Assembly: GCA_044892505.1 (NCBI GenBank)
Contig: CM097882.1
Location: forward strand, 331,514,001 to 331,578,000
Reading direction: 5' to 3'
Length of the DNA: 64,000 nucleotides
From: Schmidtea nova
Taxonomy: Eukaryota
Shown: positions 1-11,041 of the stretch, in pieces
How the letters are laid out: the number at the start of each line of letters is the position of its first letter
Numbering within the stretch: position 1 is the stretch's first letter
Notes under the pieces: model-generated
Told to the model about the DNA's origin: nothing
The model's input: only the letters and a program-made list of their open reading frames with translations
The model's database searches: none
Position numbers and translations under genes: made by a program

Positions 1-1020
1 AAAAATGCACTTACAAATAAAGCATAATAATTACAACAAACTTTAAAAGAATAAAAATAAAAACATACTTGATACCAATTTACCCCGCAATAGAATATAA
101 AATTACTGACCGGAGCTGGCTGGCAGAATTGAAATTTTTCCGTGTTCTAAAAGTTTCAGCGTTATAACAAGTAAAAATTATGATTTTTCAGCGTCTATTA
201 ATACGTTTTTGAGTGACTGTTGGTCTACTACGGTACGGGGTTGCTACACAAATTTTCTATCTCTAATTCTTTAGGTGAGAGAAATTGTGTTTGTATGCGC
301 TGAATTTTCTACTACTTTAACGACCCCAACTCCAGTCACTCGGACACTACGTGTACGCCCACTTGTTGACTTCTGCGAGGCAGCATGCACGTATTTTCCA
401 AAATATTTTATGTTACTATTTTAAGTAACATTTTTCTAAAATTTATGTAGAAGTCATTAATTGTTAACCTTGTTTAATGATTAAATTATTTAGTTAAAAC
501 AAAGGTAATTTAATTTTATTTATTTATTCTTGTAAAAGTTGTTTTATAATTTATTTTATTTATTTCCAAATATTAATTTTTTTAATATTCTTTATAATGT
601 ATATTTATTGATTAGTTAATTTATTTTCTTGTTTTTCCTCCTAACTCAGTTATTTTGACGATATGTTAATGGGGATTTCTTCTATAATATTTAATAAATT
701 ATTCTTTTTATTTTAATGCTAGTTTTATTCTTTGATCATGTTTTTTATTAGTGATGATCTTCCCATTCAATTTTCATGCGGTCTTTCGTAACTAAATTTG
801 ACTTGCACTCAAGTTTTGTGCTACCCTTTGAGGTGCATCTTTTTCATTGTTTCTCTAAAATCGACCGACTTATGAAAAGCGGTTCGTATGGCTTCTATTT
901 ATCCTATATTTTTTCATGCTATTTTCCAGTTTAATTTTCTTATGAGTTACCATGTTATTTAAATTTTATTTGATGTATTTAAACAAAATTTAAACCTCAA
1001 TTCTACCAGCCCAACACTAT

Positions 1021-1514
1021 AAATTATTTATTTTTTCATAAATTTTACAAAAATATAAAATTAATTAATAATTTCAACATTTTTTCCAAAATTTTCAAAA
1101 ATGCTCAGAATCAAACAATTTTTATACCAATCTACTGAGAATTGAATGGTAAACGAAAAATGGTCAAAAAGTAAAAACATTAAAAATTGAACTCATCCGA
1201 TCAAATTTTACACGTAAAAAGGGTCGACTCGGGGAAATTCCAAAAATCAAAAAATGCTCAGATTTCAATATTTTTTATATCAATATACTGAGGATTGAAT
1301 GGCGAACGAAAAAGGGACAAAAGAATGAATCCATGAAAAATTGGTCTCCTCCGATCAATTTTACAAGATAAAACCTTATTTGGGTAAAAATGGTCATAAT
1401 TCAATAATTTTTACATCAAAGTAATCAGAATTTAACGCTCAACAATAAAAAAGTCATATAAAAACACAACGTTTTTTTAAAATAAATCTCTATTTAAATA
1501 AATCTTCGGCAATT
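1021..1514 (+). repeat. Left long inverted repeat (putative Maverick TIR)
   Basis: Reverse complement of 23281-23781: e.g. actcatccgatcaaattttacacgtaaaaagggtc here vs gaccctttttacgtgtaaaatttgatcggatgagt at the right end. Contains an internal ~125 bp duplication. Confidence 0.85.
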
Positions 1515-1830
1515 ACTTTGTATTGTAAAGATCATCATAATATGCCTTTCGCATTTCAGCAACCAAAATATGCACAGATTTTTGTCTTTAAAAATCGTGA
1601 CAACAAGCACATCCATTTGTACATGAAATACGCATTGATTCCTTACAAACAACGCAATTTTCGACGCACTTGACTCCAGTTCCAAGAACCATATCATAGT
1701 GCATTTCGAGCAACTCTCCGATATTGATCCCAGTGTATTGGTATATTTTGTGTACCAACAATTCAGGAGCACAATAATCGAGATTAGTTTTAATCTTTGG
1801 GTATAGATCTTGGATCTTTTTGAAAATTAC
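1515..1830 (-). pseudogene. Unknown Cys-rich Maverick accessory ORF remnant
   Basis: YPKIKTNLDYCAPELL...CVENCVVCKESMRISCTNGCACCHDF. Points into the left TIR. Its 5' end is interrupted by the 1832-2007 inverted-repeat unit. Confidence 0.4.
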
Positions 1831-1831
1831 T

Positions 1832-2007
1832 AGTAGTGATGAAAAGGTAGACGGAAGCCAGCTAAAAGTACATATTTGAAGGTCACGTGATTTTAAAGTA
1901 CATATTTGAATGTCATTCGCTTCGCTCATGACTTCAAGTATATATATTCAAGACTTGTGATAGCAAATACGTGCTTGCTGACTTCCGTCTACCTTTTCAT
2001 CACTACT
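1832..2007. repeat. 176 bp miniature element with 31 bp inverted termini beginning AGTAGT
   Basis: agtagtgatgaaaaggtagacggaagccagc (1832-) vs gctgacttccgtctaccttttcatcactact (-2007), one mismatch. No TSD found. Confidence 0.75.
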
Positions 2008-2164
2008 CTAAATGAAAAATAAAATAAAAAAATAAAAAATAAAAGGTACATGGGGGAAAAGGTGCATGTTTTTGATATGGAAAGCGACCTCAAGAGTATC
2101 CTCAAGACACCTTCAACACATCAACAGAGTTGGGTTTCCCCATCTTTAAATTATTTAAATAAAA

Positions 2165-2770
2165 ATGAAAGGATCTATTGAATTTTCTGTAAAGTATTCA
2201 AATATCGACCCTAATATATTCAAAAAGACAAATTAAATAATAAAATTAAATGATTTTGTTCATGAAAAATCTTTAAATCCACATTTGAATGAAAGACAAA
2301 TCTGTAAAAAGATTGGAATAAGTACAAGCACTCTAACAAGATATAGAATGAATACAAATTGTTCAAGTTTTTATAGATATTTTATTCCAGCCAAAAAACA
2401 TGCTAAACATATTCCAACAGAACAAGAACAAGAAATCAAAAAGAAAAAATTAACAAAATCTCCAAAATGTAATCATCAATGTGCATCAGTTAATGGTTTA
2501 ATTTTACATTATAGATCAAAACATGAAAAACATCATCACCATCATAATGTAGAAAATGGACAAAACCTGACCTCTGGTGATTTTGAATATGATCAAAGAT
2601 CCACCTCTGGTGATACTGAAGAAGAGGAAGAACAACAACAACAAGAATTAAAAAAGAAACCGCAACAAATTAATATAAAAAAGAAACAATCTAGAAAAGA
2701 CATGTTTGCTAACAGAAATCAAGAAAAACTGTTGCTCGTTGTGGTATACATTACCCTTGTGTCCGCTTAG
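2165..2770 (+). pseudogene. Maverick accessory protein with HTH-like segment and degenerate C2H2-like finger
   Basis: ERQICKKIGISTSTLTRYR is HTH-like; SPKCNHQCASVNGLILHYRSKH is C2H2-like; acidic/Gln tract follows. Frameshifted 5' part starts at ATG 2165. Confidence 0.5.
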
Positions 2771-4012
2771 ATTTATCTATTCTTGTGGGATTTATGATCA
2801 ATAATATAGTCAGAAAATTCAGATGATGATTTGTCTGCGTGGACATCGAAACATTGGTATCTCAAAACAGAACTCTCTCACATCATGTTTCTCCTAGTTT
2901 ACTCGGAAAAACGCCCCTTTTGTATCTAATGCGATCGACATAATTTTCTAAGGTTTGTTAGGTGTTTGTTTAGAAACTGTGCTGCGGTGAGGGTGAGAAA
3001 TTGTGCTTTCTCAAAGCCAAAAATTCTTTCATATCCTACATCTTTAGGCTTTATCCGAAAAATCGTCCCCTCTGTAGCTAATATGATCAAAAAATAAATC
3101 CCCGGATTTGTTGGGTGTCCCATGTGCAAATCTCGTCAACTACCAAAAATCATATTTTGTTATTCATTACTTTACCGTGTGTGGAGCCCTCGAGCACCAC
3201 GCCACGGACTGACACCTTGGGAACCTAAAGCTCCCAATCGGCGCAAAATTAATATGATGAAAAATTCGATATTATAGTAATAAAATTTATTTATAATATA
3301 CATATGAATACGCATAAATGATAAACATGAATCGAATGACAAAATAATAAAACCAAAATAAAACCAAAGTACCTAATTGATCCGGTTATAGATTGCTGTT
3401 TTTCGCTTATCGAATTTTGAATATTGATTTCAATCTACGTCTAGTTTTAATTCTGTCAGTCTATTTGTAACAAAATTCGGTCAAAGATTAATCTGTAGTG
3501 TTGAAAAATTCTGTCAAGCTGTTGATCTCAGTCTGGTTATGTTATGTAACTCAACTTAGTCTGAGGTTAACAATTTCAATCTTAACAATCTAACAATCTG
3601 ATTATGTTCAAAATCTGATCAGTATTTATACTGATCAGTCGGGTCTAGACTGACCAATCAAGTTTGGCCAATTTCATGGTGGTTTTAATTATTATTTTGT
3701 TGATCCAATTAATTTTTATATTTTAGATTGGATTCTTTCTCGGTGGTCTGGGTTTTAAAAACAATTAACTAATAAAAAGTACTATTATTTTGTTTTAATC
3801 ATTTATATTTTATTTATTTTAGGTGTCCCTTGGGCCATTTACTGGTTAAACTATCACTAATTTATTTATTTTTTATCTATAACCTATTTCTTAATTTATT
3901 TCTATTTTTCTAAATTATTTTATTTCCTAAAATTACTGTTTCTCCTTTTTTCTTATATTTTCTCTTTTTCTCTTAATTATTATTTGTTTATTTTATGTTT
4001 TACTTAGTTTGG

Positions 4013-5051
4013 CTAGCCCAACACGTCTAATGTTGTTTGCACACTTTGAACTTTCATTTCGCTGTAAATTGCATAATAACATGCCATATTTTCCTCAATA
4101 AGCTTATTTACTTTTGTAAATCTTTCCTCATTAGCATCCATTTCTTCCAATTTTTGCATTCCCTGATGAATTTGGTGAAAAGCTGCAGCTATTATTTTGC
4201 TGAAAATTTTTTTTTGTGGCATTTCTTCCTCGTCTGATTTGCTTTCATCCGCAGCATATTGTGCTTCAAGATTCAATAAATCTTCATTCGTTAGATTATC
4301 TACATGGTATTCAATAAGTTGATTAATATCTGCATTGTCAACATCAAGATTAAGTTGCTGACCAAGCTCTACGATCTGAGCGGTAATTTATTCAATGCCA
4401 ATTTCGCTTTCGATTGTCGAACTAACATTCTGTTGAAGTCGCTTTGTTAGATTTTTCCATATTCCACTCATACAAGAAGGTCTGACCTCTTGCCATCCAC
4501 CTGCTATGTTTTTAATTGCTTGAAGCATATTATATTTCGACCAAAATTCTTTTAGAGTGATCTCATTTTAAAGTGCTTTAATTGCTTGACTAAATGTGAT
4601 TTTCAAATAGTGAGCCTTAAATGTGGCAATAGCTCCCTGATCCATTGGCTGTAAAATACTGGTGGTATTTGGGACTAAATACATAATTAAAAAAATTTTA
4701 TTTAAATTTTTGATATGACAGATAAATTTTTGCTGTCATTTTGTTTTTAAATTATTCGTAGCTAAACAAATTAAAAGTGCTGAATATTTTTAAGGCTTGC
4801 TAATTTAATGTTTTGATTTTAATTTTTTATTAATTTTTTACTAATTCTAAATTTGTTTTTGTTGTTAAACACTAAAATAGTAGATAACTTATAAAATAAT
4901 AGTGTTTAATTAAGGAAAATTAATTTGTTTAATTTTTTAGTTCGGTTCGAAACAAAAATCAGGCCCATTGGGAAAAATAATTTTAGGAAATAATTTTGGT
5001 CGTAAGTGCGAACAGTCGTAAGTCAAGCCGTCGTAAGTCGAGGACTACCTG
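4013..5051 (-). mobile_element. Internally deleted Tigger/pogo transposon inserted in the Maverick
   Basis: Minus strand PNTTSILQPMDQGAIATFKAHY...EERFTKVNKLIEE...QTTLD (4013-4690). Terminal repeat gtcgtaagtcgaggactacctg followed by TA at 5052-53. Other end not found. Confidence 0.85.
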
Positions 5052-5053
5052 TA

Positions 5054-6021
5054 GTTAAAAATGTAATGAAAGCAAAAATAATGTTAGGGGGTGAAAATAA
5101 ATCAACAACAGAAACTTTGAATATACCAACAAATAAAATTTTAGCACAACAACTTCATTCAAACAATGTTCTTGCCAACGAGTTGCATAAAGAATATAGA
5201 AAACCATCCAAATATTTAAAAGTACAAGTACTTAAAAAAGATGATATTTGGGGAGCAGATCTTGTTGAAATGACAAACAGAAAAAACAATAATGATTTTA
5301 AATACATTCTAACAATTATTGATTTGTATACAAAATATGCATGGGTGGTTCTATTAAAAACAAAACAAGTTATTCAATAAAAGATGCATTTAAAAATCTA
5401 TTTCAAGAAAATCCAGATAGAATTCCAAATAAATTATATACTGATAATGGAAAAGAATTTTACAACAAGATATTTCAAGAATTTTTACAAGAAAATGAAA
5501 TACAGATTTATTCTACTTTTAATCAACCAGATAAAAGAAGTCAAGGACCATCTCATAATCATGTTATAGAAAGATTTAATAGAACTTTAAAGAATTTAAT
5601 GATTAAAAATTTTACAGAAAATGGAAATAGAATATGGATAAATATATTACCAGAAATAATAAATTTTTATAATGATAAAAAACACAGAACTATTAAAATG
5701 TCACCACAAGAAGCTTCAAATAATCCAGAATTAATTAGACAAATAGTAAATGAAAACAACAACGAAAATAAAGATGGGCGAAGCCCCAGCTCTGCTGATA
5801 TTAAAGAAAAACAAAAGTTTGATATTGGTGATCGAGTTAGAATTTTCAAAAGGAAAAATAAATTTGAACCTGGGTTCACTTATCGTTGGTCCAAAGAAGT
5901 TTTTATAATAAAAAAAGTTTATACTACACATCCTATAACTTATAAAATAAAAGATTTAAATAATGAAGAAATATTGGGAAAATTTTATCAAAATGAACTA
6001 CAAAAACCTCTTTTTAATTAA
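5054..6021 (+). pseudogene. Maverick retroviral-type integrase 1 (no chromodomain), frameshifted
   Basis: LANELHKEYRK, DDIWGADLVEM, YILTIIDLYTKYAW, LYTDNGKEFYN, IERFNRTLK, FDIGDRVRI, WSKEVF, GKFYQNELQK. Frameshift near 5375. Confidence 0.92.
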
Positions 6022-6269
6022 TTAATAATTCCCACAAGGTCTATTAATTGCGTCTAGATATATTTGTCTTTTAATCTTCCAATTCACATCCAGAGTTTCA
6101 ATTTTTTCTTTTAAATGTATAATTGTAGGAGAAGATTTTTCATTATTTATACCTATAGTAAAATGTCCATCAGAAAAACCTTCGACTCGATGTTCGAAAC
6201 AATAATCATAAACAATGTTTTCTTGATCTTCAAAGAAGCGGCTTCGCCGATCCTCAATTTTTTCTTTAC

Positions 6270-6345
6270 AAATTTCTTTTATAACATCTTTAATTTCTTT
6301 TATATCATCTTTAATTTCTTTTATATCATCTTTAATTTCTTTTAA
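6270..6345 (-). repeat. 21 bp tandem repeat encoding KEIKDDI heptads
   Basis: About 3 copies of atctttaatttcttttatatc. Minus strand reads LKEIKDDIKEIKDDIKEIKDVIKEI. Confidence 0.75.
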
Positions 6346-6419
6346 ATTAAATTCATTATTTCATATTTCAAATTCACAACTATCAGATTCTATCATTATT
6401 ATTTTTTAAATATTAAACA

Positions 6420-6644
6420 TTATATTTTCTCAGTGGAACTGCGCTCTACTTGTACAAAACCACCACCACTTTTATTTTGCACTGTAAGAGGACCATTTAA
6501 TGCTTCTAAAATCATTTTTGTATGGTTGGTGCTATTATCAATACCATTACCAATATTTGCTTTATATGGTTCTAAAAATATTCCATTACCTATATTTTCA
6601 AATTTCTTCTTCTTTTTATTTTCAAATTCAAATTCAATAACCAT
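6420..6644 (-). CDS. Small Maverick virion-type ORF with GNG-x-FL-x-PY motif
   Basis: MVIEFEFENKKKKKFENIGNGIFLEPYKANIGNG...KSGGGF. This motif resembles the tail of Maverick cupiennin-like proteins. Confidence 0.45.
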   Translation of the reverse strand: MVIEFEFENKKKKKFENIGNGIFLEPYKANIGNGIDNSTNHTKMILEALNGPLTVQNKSGGGFVQVERSSTEKI

Positions 6645-6663
6645 TTTATAGAAATATATATAA

Positions 6664-7010
6664 AAAGGAATACAGTTCCACCGAGTGTAGAATTAGAAAA
6701 TAAACTTCAAGATATTGTCAAAAATAATAAACCTAGAGCAATTACAGTAAATGACAAGAAATTATACATTTCATAAGATAAAATACAACAATTAAAAGAA
6801 TTACAAGAAAAACAAGGTGAAAAAGAAGGTGGAATTCTTCCATTAGTGACATTACTACCTTTGTTATTTGCTGGAATAAGTGCTGCAGGTGCAACAACTG
6901 CTTCTGTAGTTTCTTCAATAAAAGATGGAAAACAAGCTGCTTTATTAGAAATAATAATTGGATCAACTACAATTTTTGTTGATAAAAATCGAAAATTATT
7001 TACAAAATGA
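6664..7010 (+). pseudogene. Cupiennin-like/amphipathic virion protein (absent from ORF track)
   Basis: Manual translation KRNTVPPSVELENK...LYIS*DKIQQLKELQEKQGEKEGGILPLVTLLPLLFAGISAAGATTASVVSSIKDGKQAALLE. One in-frame TAA near 6774. Confidence 0.7.
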
Positions 7011-7066
7011 TAGTTTTTCTGATCCACATAGTCTCAACTTCACCGATTCATATAATGATAGTTTAG

Positions 7067-7815
7067 TTGACCAACAAAGTGGCGGCTTCGCTGATTTTAT
7101 ACCTGTTAGATGTTGTCAAATTTAATCACAATCCAATAATTCCAGAAAGTTTTAGAATGTTGATTGTTGGTCCATCTGGAAGTGGTAAAACAGTTTTGTT
7201 AAACAAAATATTACTAACACCAAATTATCTAGACTATGATAATTTGATTATATTTTCAAAAACTATTAAACAACCAAAAATGCAAATAATATTTCATGGT
7301 TTTAATAATGGTCTAACAAAACAAGATGTAATTTATATTTTTAAAAATCAAAATACATTTCAAAATGCAATTAGTAAAATAATTTGTGAATCTCTGGCAG
7401 AAATAAAAGGAAACCCAAAACCAATTATTAATGTAACTATGTCAAATAAATATTATGAAATTCCTGCTTGTGATACATTAAAGATGAACAAAAAGAATCT
7501 AATAGTTTTTGATGATTGTGTAAATGATAAAAATCAAGAAATAATGGAATCATACTTTACTCGTGGTCGACACAACAAGTGTAATTGTATATACTTGTCT
7601 CAAGATTATTATGATCTACCAAGTAGAATTATACGAAGGAATTCTAATTTTTTGTATGTTTTCAACTAAGTAAAAGAAATAAAGATAATATTTATTCAGA
7701 TTTGTTTTCAAACATTATTGAAAAGAATGATTTATTAAATAGTCATCTTGCAACAAAACACAATTAATATAGCTTTGGATAAAGAGCAACATCAAATATA
7801 TAAAAATATTATATA
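7067..7815 (+). pseudogene. Packaging ATPase 1 (A32/FtsK-like)
   Basis: Walker A GPSGSGKT, Walker B LIVFDD, YFTRGRHNKCNCIYLSQDYY, IRRNSN. Frameshift near 7665. Confidence 0.92.
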
Positions 7816-7819
7816 AAAA

Positions 7820-8941
7820 ATGAGCTGTCAAATTATTGTGCAAGAACCAGAAACATTAAATCAAACAGAATATCTTGATAATGTTGGAAAATTAATTCAT
7901 GAAAATGAAAAATGGAATAAACACTCAGTAGAGAAATATATACAAGATGAAAAGTTTAAACGAGAAATTATAAAGGTTGAAGAAATCAAAAGATTTGTAA
8001 AACCTTTGGAAATTAAAGATTTGGATGAGGAATACATGATAGATTTTCAATTAAACAGAAATATTTTGGATGGAAAAATTGTATCAGAACTTCATACCAC
8101 AAAAGTATATACTAATGAACGAAAAGAAAAACGCGCATATTTTTTAAAAGTAGGAACTCAACTTTATCATTTTACAAAAATTAAAGATGATCCCATTATT
8201 TATATTTATACAGGTAAAAAATAAAATAAAATTTGTATGGAATAAAGATCTTCAATCATGTTTTGAAGGAAACGCTCTAGATAAAGCTCAATCAAATCTT
8301 GTAGTAAAAAAAGAAACTGCGCAAGATTTTATATCACTAACAAAAGATGTTCCAATTTTGGTAAAATAAATTATTGTAAAAATATAACAACTGCTTTAAC
8401 AGCAACTCAAAAATCTTCTTCTTCAATCAGCAGAGCTGGGACTTCATCCATTACACAACACCCTCTACAGGAACAGCATAGCCGTGACTCCAACGAATTA
8501 AAAGAAGAGGTGATGGAAGAAGTTGCACCTATTTCAAAAAACAACTCTAAAATATCTAAAATATCGGCGGAGCCGCCACCACGTGGATCTGAGAACCTTT
8601 CAGCGGAGTTGCGCTCACAATTTAGTGTACATACTGCAAAAACAGAAACAAAAATGGGTACTTCTCGTAAAGGAAAAAGAGTTGAACCAATTCACACAGT
8701 GACGGCTTCGCCGATGGGTGAAGCCCCGTCTCCGACGATCACCGGAGGTGTGGCTTCGCCGATATTCTTTTTTCCTGATAATCCCATTGAATTGTATTAT
8801 CAATTAAATAAATTATTATCTGCAACAAAAGCTGGTCATTCAAATACTTTTAATCATGTCAATGCAATTTTGAAACGACTACTAGAATTAAAATTAATAA
8901 CTATTGAAAAATACAACAAAGTTTTGAAGAAATATTTCTAA
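7820..8941 (+). pseudogene. Conserved Maverick protein of unknown function, split by stops
   Basis: ORFs 7820-8224, 8187-8369 and 8510-8941. C-terminus FPDNPIELYYQLNKLLSATKAGHSNTFNHVNAILKRLLE matches the DP-x-EL...AG(N/H) tail typical of invertebrate Mavericks. Confidence 0.6.
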
Positions 8942-9129
8942 AAAATAATATATAAAAATAACCAACATAGATTTCAATTTTCGTAAGTTGTAATATTTTT
9001 AATAATATTACAGGTTTCAATTTTCGTAAATAACAATTAATTAAATTTTTCTTAATAACAATTAATACAAACAAAATTTATTTAATTAATTAATGTATTT
9101 ATTTCATTAATTATATTTTCCACATAATT

Positions 9130-9516
9130 TTAATAATCTAAAGTTTTTATTCCAAGCATAACAACTTTTCCGCTGCTAAAGACATTGACACACACTGGAT
9201 CAAATTTCTGTAGGCGTAATGCCGGGAATATCTCTAGATCGAACCAACAACGAAATTTCATTTGTAATTCGTATAAATTAACAAATTCGTCGACATTGAA
9301 CGTCACGGTAATTGATTGAATCTCTGAATTCGTAATCTTGAATTTCAAATCCCCCGGCTTTAATGGTTGTTTGCATCCCATTACCCGATACTTGACAGAT
9401 CTGAAGAAGATGATGGGGTACTTGCCTCTTCTGTCAAAAGCTTGTTTTGGTTTGCCACTCGGGAATATCATGCCGGGAACTAAACATTTACCTTTATAAT
9501 TTATGTTGCTCAACAT
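9130..9516 (-). CDS. Compact TATA-binding-protein (TBP)-like protein
   Basis: Second repeat EIQSITVTFNV...FDLEIFPALRLQKFDPVCVNVFSSGKVVMLGIK aligns by eye with TBP KIQNMVGSCDV...[34 protein letters not shown]. First repeat LSNINYKG...IIFFRSVKYRVMGCK. The frame continues past the stop as NYVENIINEINTLIN. Confidence 0.8.
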   Translation of the reverse strand: MLSNINYKGKCLVPGMIFPSGKPKQAFDRRGKYPIIFFRSVKYRVMGCKQPLKPGDLKFKITNSEIQSITVTFNVDEFVNLYELQMKFRCWFDLEIFPALRLQKFDPVCVNVFSSGKVVMLGIKTLDY

Positions 9517-9572
9517 TTTTTGATTAATTAAACAAATATAAACAATATTAATAATTTATTTATTTATTAAAA

Positions 9573-10055
9573 ATGGAGTTACGAAATGATCCCGTATATC
9601 GGGGAGCTGATGAAGAACAGTTTTGTGGAAATTAAAAATGACTATTATAAAAGGTTTTTACAAAAATTGTTCATCTAGATTACAACAAGGTGATGTTATA
9701 ATAATCGATGATTTGTATCAGGAAGCCAGAAAAGAAAAATATTTCAACAATTTATTTACAAAAATTAGTAGACACTTAGGAATTACAGTTACTTTCATTA
9801 CTCAAAATTTATTCCATAAAGGTGGTAGTCATAGAACCCGGAATTTAAATGTACAATACCTGGTTATATTCAAAAACCACCGAGATGCAACAATTATTGA
9901 TTTTCTTGCAAGACAAGCTTACCTTAATGATAGAAAAACTTTACTTGATTCATTTCAAGATGCAACTAAAATTCCACATGGATATCTGTTTTTCGACTTT
10001 ACACAACTGTGAGGTGTTTTCAGCTGAGAACTAAATATTTTAATGATTTATTAAA
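9573..10055 (+). pseudogene. Packaging ATPase 2, Walker A region deleted
   Basis: Starts MELRND. GDVIIIDDLY, LFTKISRHLGITVTFITQNLFHKG, RNLNVQYLVIFKNHRD, LARQ, FQDATKIPHGYLFFDF. Confidence 0.88.
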
Positions 10056-10547
10056 ATAATTTGAAATGATAAATAATTTAAATTTAATAAGTTTTAAAAT
10101 AATTGTTATAATGAAATGAGTATTTAAATTTTTATAATTTTAATAATTTAAATTTTTAAAAGTCGGTAATTTGAAGCGATAAATATATAATTAAATTTTA
10201 ATAAAATATAATTATTATAAATAATTTAAAATTTATATATTTTAAAATATTTTGTTCAAGGCTGAAAGTTTGTTTGAGTTTTATATAATATTTCATAAAA
10301 TAAAATATTATGACTTCAACTTCTCAATATAATTTATAAAATAATTTAGAAGATGTTCTAGCAACATCTACGACATAAGGTTCTGATGATTTACGTATAA
10401 GAACTGATCTTTTCAATGAAAAAGTTCTAACAGTTTATAAACAAAATTGAAATCATTAAATTAATTAATTAAAATGTCATAAAAAAAGTCGTTGTTCAAC
10501 CCGTTATTGGTAAATCTGATAAACAACAAAAATTAAAGGTAAAGAAG

Positions 10548-10982
10548 ATGTCATTAAAGAAGATATCATTGAGAAAGAAGTCAAAAATCAAGCAATCAAA
10601 GAAGAAATGGATTAAATTATTAACAAAAATAATTGTGAAAAAGTCGATAATAATGAAAATTGAAAGCATTTTACCATATTTTAATGCCTTGATAAAGGCT
10701 CCAATTAATAAACGTATGAAAATTTTACAGGCTTTCCCCCCGTTTGTAATTGATGATATGCTTGAAGTTATTGTCAATATCATTCGTGGTAATGTAAATA
10801 TTAGTAAAGCCAAAAGATTAGTGCTACAAAAACATAAAAGATCTCTTTTATCACTAGTCAACACTGAAAATCGTAATCTTATGCGAAATATAATTTATAA
10901 ACAAAATGGCGGTTTCTTAGGTACATTAATTCAAATAGTATTATCAGCTATAAGTGCAATTTCATCAACAAATGGGAGCTAA
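10548..10982 (+). CDS. Basic Maverick virion protein with QxGGFL tail (PW/pM-like)
   Basis: Lys-rich N-terminus, IVNIIRGNV, and C-terminal KQNGGFLGTLIQIVLSAI. Confidence 0.7.
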   Translation: MSLKKISLRKKSKIKQSKKKWIKLLTKIIVKKSIIMKIESILPYFNALIKAPINKRMKILQAFPPFVIDDMLEVIVNIIRGNVNISKAKRLVLQKHKRSLLSLVNTENRNLMRNIIYKQNGGFLGTLIQIVLSAISAISSTNGS

Positions 10983-11041
10983 ACATTCAATACCCGATAA
11001 ACATAATTTAGACTTGAATATATTAACATCTTGTTGTAAAA

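Noticed and set aside
740-960. Possible decayed PLE linker on the minus strand (IRTAFHKSVDFRETMKK)
   Set aside because: Too short and degenerate; no GIY-YIG or RT motif recovered.
1588-1929. 113 aa ORF as a single gene
   Set aside because: Its 5' third lies within the 1832-2007 inverted-repeat unit, so the frame is chimeric.
2770-3250. Possible transposase fragment (IALDTKG, TPNKP and WSPRAP-like strings)
   Set aside because: Only isolated short resemblances to unrelated families, with many stops. No consistent assignment possible.
5006-5053. ORF-track start of integrase 1 (MRTVVSQAVVSRGLP)
   Set aside because: This is the Tigger terminal repeat read in frame, not integrase sequence.
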